64,000 nt of DNA from an uncultured delta proteobacterium (GTDB lineage Bacteria; Desulfobacterota; Desulfuromonadia; Geobacterales; DSM-12255). The notes below the pieces were generated by a model, which worked only from the letters and a program-made list of their open reading frames with translations, was not told the DNA's origin and did no database searches. Position numbers and translations under genes: made by a program. The number at the start of each line of letters is the position of its first letter. The first letter of the stretch is position 1. Location: positions 1 to 64,000 of the forward strand of contig CAWBBV010000009.1 of assembly GCA_963787125.1 (NCBI GenBank), in the 5' to 3' direction. This document shows, piece after piece, positions 53,966 to 64,000 of this stretch.

Positions 53966-54292
53966 ATGCAAACGACTAAGTTCCATGTGAAAAGTGGTGA
54001 TACAGTGTCAGTTATAACCGGTAAAGATAGAAATAAAACCGGGAAAATACTGAAGATAGATACAGGTAAGGGCTCAGCTATAGTTGAAGGTCTGAACCTT
54101 GTTAAAAGGCATACTAGGGCACGTGGAAATCAGCCTGGGAGTCTAGTCGAAAAAGAGGCGCTGATTCAAGTATCTAATATTATGCTTTATTGTGACAAGT
54201 GCAAGAGGCCTGTTAAGGCTAAATCCTCGCTTCTGGAAGATGGACAGAAAGTCCGTGTTTGTAAAAAATGTGGCGAGTCGTTTGATAATTAA
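53966..54292 (+). CDS. rplX: 50S ribosomal protein L24
   Basis: GD.V.VI.GKD, VEGLN. Confidence 0.98.
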   Translation: MQTTKFHVKSGDTVSVITGKDRNKTGKILKIDTGKGSAIVEGLNLVKRHTRARGNQPGSLVEKEALIQVSNIMLYCDKCKRPVKAKSSLLEDGQKVRVCKKCGESFDN

Positions 54293-54306
54293 TCGGGAGG
54301 AAGTAG

Positions 54307-54846
54307 ATGGCCAGGCTTAAGGACATTTATATACAAGAGATTGTCCCAAAACTCATGAAAGACTTCAATTACAAAAGTGTAATGGAGGTTCCAAGAGTCG
54401 AGAAAGTAGTTCTCAATATGGGACTTGGTGAAGCAATTCAGAATGTAAAAATTCTTGATTCTGCTACGGAAGAGCTTGGACTAATATCTGGGCAGAAAGC
54501 AGTTATTACGAAAGCTAAGAAATCGATTGCAACATTTAAGCTACGTCAGGGTATGCCGATAGGTACAATGGTTACTCTTCGTAAGAAAAAAATGTTCGAG
54601 TTTCTTGATAGACTTATAAATATATCGATCCCTAGGATTCGTGACTTTAAAGGTGTCTCTCCAAAAGCTTTTGATGGTAACGGTAATTATTCTATGGGGG
54701 TAAAAGAGCAACTTATATTCCCAGAAATCAATTACGACAAAATTGACAAGATTAAAGGTCTGAATATCACAATCGTAACTACGGCAAAAAGCGATGAAGA
54801 GTGTCGTGCACTGCTTAAGTATATGGGAATGCCATTTAGGAATTAA
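54307..54846 (+). CDS. rplE: 50S ribosomal protein L5
   Basis: [12 protein letters not shown]. Confidence 0.99.
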   Translation: MARLKDIYIQEIVPKLMKDFNYKSVMEVPRVEKVVLNMGLGEAIQNVKILDSATEELGLISGQKAVITKAKKSIATFKLRQGMPIGTMVTLRKKKMFEFLDRLINISIPRIRDFKGVSPKAFDGNGNYSMGVKEQLIFPEINYDKIDKIKGLNITIVTTAKSDEECRALLKYMGMPFRN

Positions 54847-54866
54847 CGGCTTTTGGAGGGTTTTTC

Positions 54867-55052
54867 GTGGCTAAAACATCAATGATTATAAAAGCTCAAC
54901 GCGGTAACAAGTTTAAGGTTCGTGAATATAACCGTTGTCCGCTCTGTGGTAGACCACGTGCTTACTACCGTAAATTTGATATGTGCCGAATCTGCCTGCG
55001 TAAACTTGCATCTTCTGGTCAGCTTCCAGGTGTAATCAAGTCCAGTTGGTAA
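54867..55052 (+). CDS. rpsZ: 30S ribosomal protein S14, zinc-binding type
   Basis: 61 aa; RCPLCGR..CRICLR. Confidence 0.97.
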   Translation: MAKTSMIIKAQRGNKFKVREYNRCPLCGRPRAYYRKFDMCRICLRKLASSGQLPGVIKSSW

Positions 55053-55082
55053 TATAGATTAAGGTTCAAGGAGTATGAACAG

Positions 55083-55481
55083 ATGAGTATGACCGATCCG
55101 ATAGCAGATCTGCTTACTAGGATAAGAAACGGTGCAATGGCGAAACTTCAGAAAGTTGACATTCCGTCTTCAAATATGAAGGTTGGAATTGTCAATGTTT
55201 TGAAAAATGAAGGATATATAAAGAACTATAAGCTGATTTCAGACCAGAAACAGGGTGTTCTTCGTATTTATCTTAAATACATCAATGACAGTGAATCTGT
55301 AATTTCTGAAATTAAACGGATAAGCAAACCTGGCGGTAGGCGATATGTCAAAAACGACAAGATCCCTTCAGTTAAACAAGGGCTCGGTATTGCCATTCTT
55401 TCTACATCTAAAGGTCTATTGACTGATAAAGTAGCTAGGGAGACCGGCGTAGGTGGCGAGCTCATCTGTACTGTCTGGTAA
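55083..55481 (+). CDS. rpsH: 30S ribosomal protein S8
   Basis: [17 protein letters not shown]. Confidence 0.99.
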   Translation: MSMTDPIADLLTRIRNGAMAKLQKVDIPSSNMKVGIVNVLKNEGYIKNYKLISDQKQGVLRIYLKYINDSESVISEIKRISKPGGRRYVKNDKIPSVKQGLGIAILSTSKGLLTDKVARETGVGGELICTVW

Positions 55482-55500
55482 TTTCTGCAAGGAGAATAAG

Positions 55501-56040
55501 ATGTCCAGAATTGGAAAACAGCCGATAGAAATTCCAGCTGATGTAAAGGTCTCTATTGAAAACCTTAGCGTCTCTGTTGTAGGTCCGAAGGGCACACTTT
55601 CAAGAACGCTGCTTGATACAGTTTCAGTTGAGCTTGAAGGTAAATTTCTGACCGTTAATAGGGTTAATGATAGCATTAGTGCTCGTGCAGCACATGGTCT
55701 TTCTAGGACTCTTGTTAACAATATGGTAATTGGAGTTACAAAAGGTTTTGAAAGAGCTCTTGAAATCAATGGTGTTGGTTATAGAGCTGAAGTTAAGGGT
55801 GATTTCCTTAATCTAAGTCTAGGTTACTCCCATCCGATCAACTTCCAGCTGCCAAACGGAATTACTGTTGATGTTGACAAGATGACAAAGCTTTTAGTTA
55901 AAGGAATAGATAAAGAGCTGGTTGGTCAAACTGCCGCCAAAATTCGAGCATTCCGCTCACCTGAGCCCTATAAAGGTAAAGGTGTCAAATATGCAGATGA
56001 GACAATTCTGCGTAAAGCTGGCAAGACAGGTAAAAAATAG
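55501..56040 (+). CDS. rplF: 50S ribosomal protein L6
   Basis: [17 protein letters not shown] 55501 after AAGGAG. Confidence 0.98.
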   Translation: MSRIGKQPIEIPADVKVSIENLSVSVVGPKGTLSRTLLDTVSVELEGKFLTVNRVNDSISARAAHGLSRTLVNNMVIGVTKGFERALEINGVGYRAEVKGDFLNLSLGYSHPINFQLPNGITVDVDKMTKLLVKGIDKELVGQTAAKIRAFRSPEPYKGKGVKYADETILRKAGKTGKK

Positions 56041-56061
56041 TTGTAATCAAGGAGAACATCG

Positions 56062-56430
56062 GTGAGCAATAAAACATCTAAAAATGATGCCCGCCTCAAA
56101 CGCCAGATTCGCGTTCGTAAAAAGGTTCAGGGTACTTCAGATCGCCCGCGTCTTAATGTATTCAGAAGCTCTAGGCATATACATGCTCAGATAATTGATG
56201 ATAGCAACGGAGTAACCTTGGCAGCAGCTTCAACAACATCTCCAGATGTCAAGGGAGATGTTGTTTACTCTGGTAATATTGATGCAGCTAAGAAAGTCGG
56301 TGCTGCGATTGCAAAAAAAGCGATAGAAAAAAATATTACCTCGGTTGTTTTTGATAGAAACGGATTTCTATATCATGGCAGAATTAAAGCGCTTGCTGAT
56401 GCAGCTCGCGAAAATGGACTGTCTTTCTAA
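56062..56430 (+). CDS. rplR: 50S ribosomal protein L18
   Basis: RPRL.VFRS, VFDRNG..YHGR. Confidence 0.98.
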   Translation: MSNKTSKNDARLKRQIRVRKKVQGTSDRPRLNVFRSSRHIHAQIIDDSNGVTLAAASTTSPDVKGDVVYSGNIDAAKKVGAAIAKKAIEKNITSVVFDRNGFLYHGRIKALADAARENGLSF

Positions 56431-56450
56431 AGATATTCAGGAGGTTTTCC

Positions 56451-56939
56451 TTGTTGAAACTAAATGCAAATGAACTGAATCTAACTGACCGCGTTGTACA
56501 TATCAACAGAGTCGCAAAAGTTGTCAAAGGTGGCAGACGCTTCAGTTTTTCTGCTCTTATTGTGGTTGGTGACGGCAATGGCGTTGTTGGTTACGGCTTG
56601 GGAAAAGCCAACGAGGTCCCAGAAGCAATACGTAAGGGTGTAGAGCAGGCTAAGAAAAACATTATCCGTGTCCCTATAGTAGAAGGTCATACAATCCCTT
56701 ATGATGTTAAGGGGCACTTTGGGGCAGGCCGAGTTCTTATGATGCCAGCATCTGCTGGTACAGGGGTAATAGCCGGTGGTGCTGCTCGAGCTGTTTTCGA
56801 ATCAGCTGGTATACAGAATATTCTTGCGAAATGTTTAGGTTCTAATAATCCTCACAATGTTGTAAAAGCCGCTTTTGACGGACTTAAGCAGTTGAGAAGT
56901 CCAGAAGAGATGATTGCCAGAAGAGGCTTGACAGAATAA
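56451..56939 (+). CDS. rpsE: 30S ribosomal protein S5
   Basis: [15 protein letters not shown]. Confidence 0.99.
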   Translation: MLKLNANELNLTDRVVHINRVAKVVKGGRRFSFSALIVVGDGNGVVGYGLGKANEVPEAIRKGVEQAKKNIIRVPIVEGHTIPYDVKGHFGAGRVLMMPASAGTGVIAGGAARAVFESAGIQNILAKCLGSNNPHNVVKAAFDGLKQLRSPEEMIARRGLTE

Positions 56940-56958
56940 TCAAGTATAGGAGTTTTAG

Positions 56959-57135
56959 ATGGCGCAACTTACTGTGACACTCATTAAAAGCGGTATTGGA
57001 AAACCTGAGAAGCATCGTCAAATCCTTCTAGGCCTCGGACTGACAAAGTTGAATAAGTCCGTAGTTCTTGGTAATACACCTGAGATCCAAGGGATGATAA
57101 AGAAGATATCTCACATGGTAAAGGTTTCTGAATAA
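56959..57135 (+). CDS. rpmD: 50S ribosomal protein L30 (below the ORF-track size limit)
   Basis: MAQLTVTLIKSGIG..LGL.K..TPEIQGMI. Confidence 0.95.
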   Translation: MAQLTVTLIKSGIGKPEKHRQILLGLGLTKLNKSVVLGNTPEIQGMIKKISHMVKVSE

Positions 57136-57151
57136 TAACTCGGAGAATATC

Positions 57152-57592
57152 ATGCAACTCAATACAATAAAGCCAGCTATCGGGGCAACCAGAGATAGAA
57201 AGAGAATTGGTAGAGGTCCTGGCTCAGGGCATGGAAAGACTGCCACGAAAGGCCATAAAGGTCAAAAGGCAAGGTCCGGTGGTAGTATTAAACCAGGTTT
57301 TGAGGGCGGCCAGATGCCAATGCAAAGACGCTTGCCAAAACGCGGGTTCACTCCACTTGCCAGAAAAGAGTTCGTTGTAATTAATATTTCTCAGCTTGAA
57401 CTTTTCGATGTTGGTTCGATTGTTGACCCTTCAGCACTTATTGGAATTGGACTTGTTAATAACATGCGTGACGGAATAAAAATTCTCGCAAAGGGAGCAC
57501 TAACAAAAGCCCTCACTGTGAAAGCCCATAAGTTCAGCTCTGCTGCAAGGGATCAAATTATTGCCGCAGGTGGCTCTGTAGAGGAGATTTGA
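57152..57592 (+). CDS. rplO: 50S ribosomal protein L15
   Basis: GFEGGQMP, RRLPKRGF. Confidence 0.99.
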   Translation: MQLNTIKPAIGATRDRKRIGRGPGSGHGKTATKGHKGQKARSGGSIKPGFEGGQMPMQRRLPKRGFTPLARKEFVVINISQLELFDVGSIVDPSALIGIGLVNNMRDGIKILAKGALTKALTVKAHKFSSAARDQIIAAGGSVEEI

Positions 57593-58902
57593 TTTTGTTT
57601 GAAGCCCTCCAGAATATCTTCAAGATTCCTGAACTTAAAAAAAGAGTACTTTTCTCACTAGGAATGCTTCTTGTCTACAGGGTTGGTTGCCATATACCGA
57701 CTCCTGGTATTGATGCTGTTGCGTTATCGCATTTCTTTAAGCAGGCTCAGGGAACTCTTCTTGGGATGTTCGATATGTTCTCGGGTGGCGCACTTGAGAA
57801 ACTGACTGTATTTGCACTTGGCATAATGCCCTATATATCATCATCTATAATTTTCCAACTCCTAACAGTAGTCGTACCTGCAATTGAAAAACTCTCGAAA
57901 GAGGGTGATTCAGGAAGAAAGAAAATAATTCAGTATACCCGTTATGGTACGGTTGTTTTGAGTGTTGTTCAGGCTATGGGTATAAGTATCGGCCTTGAGG
58001 CAATGCGAGGACCTGCTGGTGAGCTTGTTGTGCCTTCGCCTGGTTGGTCTTTTAGGATAATGACTGTAATAACTTTGACCGCTGGTACAGCCTTCATTAT
58101 GTGGTTAGGTGAGCAGATGTCTGAAAGAGGGATTGGAAACGGAATTTCTCTTATAATTTTCGCTGGAATAGTTGCGCGTATTCCGGCTGCCATTGGGAAT
58201 TCGTTTAAACTTATTAAAACTGGGCAGCTATCGCTTTTCGTGTTGATTATAGTAATGGTTGTAATGTTTATTGTAATTGCCGGGATAGTTTTTGTAGAAA
58301 GAGGTCAACGGCGCATTCCGATCCATTACGCAAAGAGAGTTGTCGGCTTGCAGACTTTAGCTGCTCAATCGTCTCATCTGCCACTAAAGGTTAATATGGC
58401 TGGCGTTATTCCACCGATTTTTGCTTCTTCTATTATCATGTTTCCGGCAACTATTGCTAATTTTGTTGAGGTTCCATGGATCAAAGATGCTGCAAAATAT
58501 CTTATGCCAGGTAATTGGGTTTATAATATAATATTTGTTGCTTTTATAGTTTTCTTCTGTTATTTCTATACGGCTGTAACGTTTAACCCTGTTGATGTCG
58601 CGGAGAATATCAAAAAGCAAGGTGGGTATGTTCCCGGTGTTCGTCCAGGTAAGGAAACTTCTGAATACCTTGATACGGTTCTTACTAAGCTGACTTTTGC
58701 TGGGGCCATTTATATATCAGGAATATGTGTTCTTCCGTCAATACTTATAGGTAAGTTCAACCTTCCTTTTTATTTTGGTGGAACTGCATTGTTGATTGCA
58801 ATAGGAGTGGGTATGGATACGGTCGCTCAAATTGAATCGCACCTGATTACTAGAAGTTACGAAGGCTTTATGAAAGGTGTTAAGATTAAAGGGCGGAGTT
58901 AA
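57589..58902 (+). CDS. secY: Preprotein translocase SecY
   Basis: LGIMPYI, GIGNG.S, FGGT.LLI. Confidence 0.99.
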   Translation: MILFEALQNIFKIPELKKRVLFSLGMLLVYRVGCHIPTPGIDAVALSHFFKQAQGTLLGMFDMFSGGALEKLTVFALGIMPYISSSIIFQLLTVVVPAIEKLSKEGDSGRKKIIQYTRYGTVVLSVVQAMGISIGLEAMRGPAGELVVPSPGWSFRIMTVITLTAGTAFIMWLGEQMSERGIGNGISLIIFAGIVARIPAAIGNSFKLIKTGQLSLFVLIIVMVVMFIVIAGIVFVERGQRRIPIHYAKRVVGLQTLAAQSSHLPLKVNMAGVIPPIFASSIIMFPATIANFVEVPWIKDAAKYLMPGNWVYNIIFVAFIVFFCYFYTAVTFNPVDVAENIKKQGGYVPGVRPGKETSEYLDTVLTKLTFAGAIYISGICVLPSILIGKFNLPFYFGGTALLIAIGVGMDTVAQIESHLITRSYEGFMKGVKIKGRS

Positions 58903-58905
58903 CTG

Positions 58906-59556
58906 GTGAAGCTCAATCTTATACTACTTGGTCCACCTGGTGCGGGTAAGGGGACTCAGGCAAAGCTACTTGTAGAACGCTATGGGATTCCCCAGATATC
59001 AACTGGAGATATTCTCAGGACAGCAGTTAAGGAGTCCACTGTTGCTGGTATTCGTGCCAAGCGATTTATGGACGAAGGGTCATTGGTTCCAGATAATCTA
59101 GTCATTGATATAATTGGCGAAAGGCTTGCTGAGTCTGACTCTGCTAATGGATTTATTTTGGACGGTTTCCCGAGAACGGTTGCACAAGCTGATGCCCTTT
59201 CGAGAATGCTTTTTGTGGACGGTAAGTCAATAAATTGTGTTATATCGATGTCGGTTGATAGTGATGAATTACTTAAGCGCGTTATCGGACGTCTAACTTG
59301 TCGTGGTTGTGGTAAGGGTTATCACGTTATCTATGATCCTCCTGCGGTTAAGGGTGTGTGTTCTATTTGTTCTGGAGAGCTTTATCAGCGTGATGATGAT
59401 AAAGAGGAAACAATGAGGGCACGCTTGCAGGCATATGCTACCCAAACAGCCCCTTTAATTGAATATTACACTGCTCTAAATCTGTTGCATTCAGTAGATG
59501 GCCTAGGTTCAATTTCGGAAATCAACAGTGCAATAATTAGTCTGTTGGAAGGTTAA
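58906..59556 (+). CDS. adk: Adenylate kinase (zinc lid)
   Basis: GPPGAGKGTQ, LDGFPR. Confidence 0.98.
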   Translation: MKLNLILLGPPGAGKGTQAKLLVERYGIPQISTGDILRTAVKESTVAGIRAKRFMDEGSLVPDNLVIDIIGERLAESDSANGFILDGFPRTVAQADALSRMLFVDGKSINCVISMSVDSDELLKRVIGRLTCRGCGKGYHVIYDPPAVKGVCSICSGELYQRDDDKEETMRARLQAYATQTAPLIEYYTALNLLHSVDGLGSISEINSAIISLLEG

Positions 59557-59560
59557 ATAT

Positions 59561-60307
59561 GTGGTAGTGCTTAAATCTCTTAAAGAGATTGATAGGATGA
59601 AAGCTTCCTGTATTATTGTCGCAGAGGTTTTAAGGAGAGTAGTTGAGTTTGTTAAGCCTGGTATTACGACTCTTGAGTTAAATGCCATAGCTGAAAAAGA
59701 GGTTTTAAAGCGCAAAGCTAAACCGGCATTCAGAGGTTATAGCGGTTATCCAAGCTCTTTATGTTGTTCTTTGAATGATCAGGTAGTGCATGGTATACCA
59801 AACTCGATTCCAATTGTTGAAGGTGACATCCTGAGTTTAGACTTTGGTGCTTTTTATGACGGTTTTTATGGTGATTCTGCTGTAACTGTCCCGGTTGGTA
59901 ACATAAGTTCTAGTGCGAAGAACCTTATAACGACGACAGAAGAATCGCTTGTTCAGGCAATTAGCCAATCTTTTCCAGGTAACAGGTTGTCTAATATATC
60001 GTCAACAGTTCAGATGTATGCTGAGGCAAGAGGGTTTTCTGTAGTTCGTGATTTTGTTGGGCACGGTATTGGTCGAAATCTTCATGAACAGCCTCAAATT
60101 CCAAATTACGGTTCACCAAATAAAGGTCCTAAATTGCGGGTTGGAATGGTCTTAGCAATAGAGCCTATGATTAATGAGAAGTCTTATGAAGTAAAAGTAC
60201 TTGCTGACGGCTGGACTACAGTGACACTAGACGGCGGTTTATCGGCACATTTTGAACATACTGTTGCAATTACGGACAATGGTCCTGAAGTTCTTACCAT
60301 TATCTAA
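59561..60307 (+). CDS. map: Methionine aminopeptidase type I
   Basis: HGIP, GHGIG, AIEPM, AHFEHT. Confidence 0.98.
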   Translation: MVVLKSLKEIDRMKASCIIVAEVLRRVVEFVKPGITTLELNAIAEKEVLKRKAKPAFRGYSGYPSSLCCSLNDQVVHGIPNSIPIVEGDILSLDFGAFYDGFYGDSAVTVPVGNISSSAKNLITTTEESLVQAISQSFPGNRLSNISSTVQMYAEARGFSVVRDFVGHGIGRNLHEQPQIPNYGSPNKGPKLRVGMVLAIEPMINEKSYEVKVLADGWTTVTLDGGLSAHFEHTVAITDNGPEVLTII

Positions 60308-60329
60308 ATAGTAAAGGAAGGTATCTATA

Positions 60330-60443
60330 ATGAAAGTGCGAGCATCTGTAAAAAAAATCTGCGTTAAATGTAAAATTGTCAAACGTAAGGGTATTGTGCG
60401 GGTGATTTGTGATATACCGAAACATTCCCAGCGACAAGGGTAA
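60330..60443 (+). CDS. rpmJ: 50S ribosomal protein L36 (below the ORF-track size limit)
   Basis: [37 protein letters not shown]. Confidence 0.97.
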   Translation: MKVRASVKKICVKCKIVKRKGIVRVICDIPKHSQRQG

Positions 60444-60469
60444 TAGAAATAATTCAGGAGGAGTGAACA

Positions 60470-60838
60470 TTGGCACGTATATCTGGTATTGACATACCCA
60501 GGAACAAGCATATTGAGATCGCACTTACTTATATATACGGAATTGGTAGGTCCACAGCACAAAAGATATTAACCGAAGCTGCTGTAGACTTTACCACAAG
60601 AACAGAGAAACTTACTGAGTCTGAAATTTCGCGGATTCGAGAAGTTATAGACAAAAGTATCAAAGTTGAAGGCGATCTTCGCCGTCAGATATCTATGGAT
60701 ATTAAGAGGCTTATGGATCTAGGTTGTTATCGTGGCCTTCGTCATCGTAAGGGGCTTCCTGTCCGTGGTCAGCGTACGAAGACAAATTCACGTACTAGAA
60801 AAGGCCCTGCAAGAACTGTTGCTGGTAAGAAGAAATAG
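60470..60838 (+). CDS. rpsM: 30S ribosomal protein S13
   Basis: [13 protein letters not shown]. Confidence 0.99.
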   Translation: MARISGIDIPRNKHIEIALTYIYGIGRSTAQKILTEAAVDFTTRTEKLTESEISRIREVIDKSIKVEGDLRRQISMDIKRLMDLGCYRGLRHRKGLPVRGQRTKTNSRTRKGPARTVAGKKK

Positions 60839-60859
60839 TCTTATATAACTGGAGGAGAG

Positions 60860-61255
60860 ATGGCTAGTCCTGCAAAAAAAGTTGTTCGTAAAAAGAAGGA
60901 AAAGAAAAATATTCCTAATGGAGTTGCACATATTCAGGCAACTTTTAATAATACTATCATTACAATAACCGATCCTGTCGGTAATGTTGTAGCGTGGTCA
61001 AGTGCGGGTGCAAAAGGTTTCAAGGGCTCTCGTAAAAGCACTCCTTTTGCTGCGCAGATTGCCGGAGAGGATTGTGCAAAACGTGCGCAGGAGCATGGGA
61101 TGAGATCTCTTGATGTATTTGTCAAGGGGCCTGGTTCAGGTAGAGAATCAGCACTGCGCGCACTTCAGTCCGTAGGACTTAATATATCTTTTATACGTGA
61201 TGTTACTCCGATACCTCATAATGGATGCCGCCCTCCTAAAAGGCGAAGAGTATAA
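60860..61255 (+). CDS. rpsK: 30S ribosomal protein S11
   Basis: [12 protein letters not shown]. Confidence 0.99.
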   Translation: MASPAKKVVRKKKEKKNIPNGVAHIQATFNNTIITITDPVGNVVAWSSAGAKGFKGSRKSTPFAAQIAGEDCAKRAQEHGMRSLDVFVKGPGSGRESALRALQSVGLNISFIRDVTPIPHNGCRPPKRRRV

Positions 61256-61287
61256 AACCTGCTAAATTAATATCAAGGAGGCTGTAA

Positions 61288-61915
61288 TTGGCTAGATATA
61301 CTGGTCCGTCATGCCGTTTGTGCAGAAGACAAAATGTGGAACTCTACCTAAAGGGTGAGAGATGCTATACAGATAAATGTGCTATCAAACGTAGAAACTA
61401 TCCGCCTGGTCAACATGGTCAACTAAGGACAAAGGTTAGTGATTACGGTACTCAGTTACGTGAAAAGCAGAAAGTGCGACGTATATACGGAATTCTTGAA
61501 AAACAATTCCGAGGGTATTTTCATGAAGCTGATCGTATGCGTGGGGTAACGGGTGAAAATCTTCTTTCTCTTCTTGAGCGCAGACTTGATAATGCGGTCT
61601 ACAGGCTTGGGTTCGCTTCCTCAAGAACAGAAGCAAGAATACTTATCCGTCATTGCCACTTTACCCTAAATGGTCGTAAGGTGAACATTCCGTCGATTCA
61701 GTGCAAGATTGGTGATGTGATTGAACTGCGTGAAAAGAGCAGGGGCGTTAAATGTGTTATTGAGTCCCTTGAAGTCTGTTGTCCGCCGGGGACTTCCTCA
61801 GTGGCTGGAATTGAGTAAGGATGTCTTCAAAGGAGTTGTAAAAGCACTCCCGATACGTGAGGATATCACGTTGCCTATTCAGGAGCAGCTTGTTGTTGAA
61901 CTCTACTCCAAATAG
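61288..61915 (+). CDS. rpsD: 30S ribosomal protein S4 (+1 frameshift near 61774, probably an error)
   Basis: QLREKQK, LERRLDN; C-terminus ..VELYSK in a second frame. Confidence 0.95.
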
Positions 61916-61945
61916 TCACAGCTGACACCTTGCGGGGAGGATTAA

Positions 61946-62969
61946 ATGTATAAAAACTGGCGCGATCTTATCAAACCAAAAAAAGTTCAGTTTGAGACAG
62001 AATCGCTTACTAAATATTATGGTAAATTTTACGCTGAGCCTTTCGAGCGCGGCTTTGGTACTACTCTAGGTAATTCACTTCGGAGAGTCTTGCTTTCGTC
62101 ACTTCAAGGGGCTGCAATAACTTCCGTAAAGATCAAGAGTGTTTTGCATGAGTTCTCTGCAGTACCTGGAGTAACAGAAGATGTAACCGATATAATTCTA
62201 AATCTTAAAGGCGTTAAGTTAAAGGTTCATGGCAATGAATCTAGAATAGTCAGAATTATGCATAAGGGCGATGGTCTTGTAACTGCTGGCTCAATACTTG
62301 CTGATGCAAATGTAGAAATACTTAACCCTGATCACCATATTGCTACCTGTTCTAAAGATGCCAATCTCGAGATTGAGATGACTGTAAAGGTTGGCAGAGG
62401 TTATGTTCCTGCTGATAGAAATCGTGATGAGAAGGCTCCTGTTGGTACAATACCGATTGACTCAATCTTCTCTCCAGTTCAGAAAGTTAACTTCACCGTC
62501 ACTTATGCTCGGGTCGGTCAAATCACTGATTACGACAAGTTAACTCTTGAGATATGGACTGATGGCAGTGTTAAACCTGATGATGCTTTAGCTTACTCTG
62601 CTAAAATTCTGAAGGATCAACTTTCAATTTTCATAAATTTTGATGAAGAATCAGAGTCTTTTACTGAGTCAGAAACTGAAGAAGAGAGCGAAAAAGTCAA
62701 CGAAAACCTTTATCGAACAGTTGAAGAGCTTGAACTATCTGTCCGGTCTGCAAATTGTCTTAAAAATGCCGGTATCAAGCTAATTGGTGAGCTAGTGTCG
62801 AGGAGTGAGTCAGAAATGCTCAAGACCCAGAATTTCGGCAGAAAATCACTTGAATGAGATTAAGGATATCCTTGGTGAAATGGGGCTGACTCTTGGTATG
62901 AAACTAGAGAATTTTCCGGATCCACAATTGATGGCTCGCCTCCGTGGTGATAAAAAAGAAGAAGAGTAG
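61946..62969 (+). CDS. rpoA: RNA polymerase alpha subunit (+1 frameshift near 62851, probably an error)
   Basis: [12 protein letters not shown]; removing one G restores RKSLNEIK..LGM to TAG 62969. Confidence 0.95.
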
Positions 62970-63003
62970 TACCAAAGTTTAAAAGGAACAGAGGAACGTT
63001 ACG

Positions 63004-63530
63004 ATGCGTCATAACAAGTCAGGTAGAAGACTCGGAAGAACAACAAGTCACAGAGTGGCGATGTTTCGCAATATGATAACCTCTTTTTTGAGTCATGAGA
63101 GGATTACTACTACTGATGCAAAAGCTAAAGAACTTCGTTCAATTGCCGATAAGATGATCACTCTTGGCAAGCGTGGCGACCTTCATGCTTTGCGGCAGGC
63201 TGCATCTTATATCCGCGAAAAGAGTGTTGTGACCAAGCTTTTCACAACTATCGCTCCTCGTTATAGTAGACCGTCCTGGTGGTTATACACGTATTGTTAA
63301 GCTTGGTCTAAGACCTGGTGATAATGCGCAGACTTTCCATAATAGAATTGGTCGAAGAGGAATTTACGCCTAAGGTAAAGAAGACCATAACACCAGCTAA
63401 ATCAGTGCCAGTTGTAAAGGCTGTTGAGATTGTAGCTTCTTCTCAGGTTGTGGAAGAGGTGGTTGCTTCTGAGGTTCAGGCAGCACTATTTGTGGAACCT
63501 GCTGAGGTATGTGAAGCAAAGGCTGATTAA
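63004..63530 (+). CDS. rplQ: 50S ribosomal protein L17 (+1 frameshift near 63266, probably an error)
   Basis: [22 protein letters not shown] in a shifted frame; long acidic tail. Confidence 0.93.
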
Positions 63531-63552
63531 AGCACAGTATAAATTCTGTTAT

Positions 63553-63586
63553 AAAAGACCTTGGCGATAGCCAAGGTCTTTTTTTT
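63553..63586 (+). terminator. Rho-independent terminator of the alpha operon
   Basis: GACCTTGGC-gata-GCCAAGGTC followed by T8. Confidence 0.9.
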
Positions 63587-63734
63587 ATTTACAGTGTACA
63601 TCTGACTGATTTTGTTTGGAAACAAGCCATAAGTTTCCGCTGTCATTGCAACTTTTATCGAATTAGGTTCGACCAAAAAAAAGTTGTCTTTATGCATTTC
63701 ACATATCTACTTGTAAACGCATGCTTTAAATGAT

Positions 63735-63754
63735 ATATCAATAATGGTTGATTT
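63735..63754. promoter_or_regulatory. SahR-like operator
   Basis: ATATCAA-N6-TTGATTT palindrome upstream of the ArsR-family gene. Confidence 0.55.
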
Positions 63755-63780
63755 TGATAAGCTGTTACAGGTGATGCATT

Positions 63781-64000
63781 ATGGTTGAAATCTTTAAGGC
63801 CCTTTCTGATCTTTGCCGCGTAAGATTGATGGGAATCTTGTTTAGTGGTGAGTTCACTGTACAGGAACTTACTGCTATAATTGGCACAGGTCAGTCTCGT
63901 ATTTCTCATCATCTTAAAACTCTTACTGACGCCGGGCTTGTTAAATTAAAGCGGCAAGGGACATGGAGTTACTACAGTGTCAATGAGAATAATGATTTCT
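63781..64000 (+). CDS. ArsR/SmtB-family regulator, probably SahR-like; partial (runs off window end)
   Basis: FKALSD..RVR...L..GEFTVQELT.I....QSRISHHLK.L..AGLV...RQGTWSYY. Confidence 0.85.
   Translation, partial: MVEIFKALSDLCRVRLMGILFSGEFTVQELTAIIGTGQSRISHHLKTLTDAGLVKLKRQGTWSYYSVNENNDF

Noticed and set aside
60308..60329. infA missing between map and rpmJ
   Set aside because: Relocation of infA is common and not informative from one window.
61288..63530. Frameshifts in rpsD, rpoA and rplQ as pseudogenes or programmed frameshifting
   Set aside because: These are essential genes, each repaired by deleting a single base, with no slippery motif. The same +1 pattern recurs across the window, which points to long-read insertion errors.

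Overview
The window is mostly Geobacteraceae-like (Desulfuromonadia) DNA; this is inferred from gene content and order and from the ribosomal-protein and RNA polymerase sequences. It falls into four parts. (1) 1-~1830: an indel-ridden sdhC'-sdhD-sdhA' fragment that resembles Deinococcota (Thermus/Truepera-type) genes, joined in mid-gene to a kinase-like ORF. This is most likely a chimeric contig end. (2) ~1830-25000: an accessory region with a kinase/radical SAM/HEXXH cluster, about six toxin-antitoxin modules (YjjJ/HipA-like, BrnTA, CcdAB, MazEF, Phd-RelE and a FitA remnant), integron-cassette-like scars, small palindromic elements and a NucS-type nuclease. It also holds a minus-strand quartet of two paralogous B12-radical SAM enzymes and two paralogous SAM methyltransferases, split by two insertions. 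(3) 25200-30550: a PhnD-like binding lipoprotein, a TPR-like protein, a YedE-type S/Se transporter, an outer-membrane barrel and YgiQ. (4) 30595-63586: the core tRNA/tuf/rif/str/S10/spc/alpha superoperon, followed by a SahR-like regulator. Many +1 frameshifts, including in rpsD, rpoA and rplQ, are almost certainly sequencing errors. The best candidates for an undescribed system are the paired B12-radical SAM/methyltransferase locus with its divergent S/Se uptake operon, the kinase-radical SAM cluster, and a palindromic in-frame insertion in the YjjJ toxin. All family assignments come from motif recognition, not database searches.
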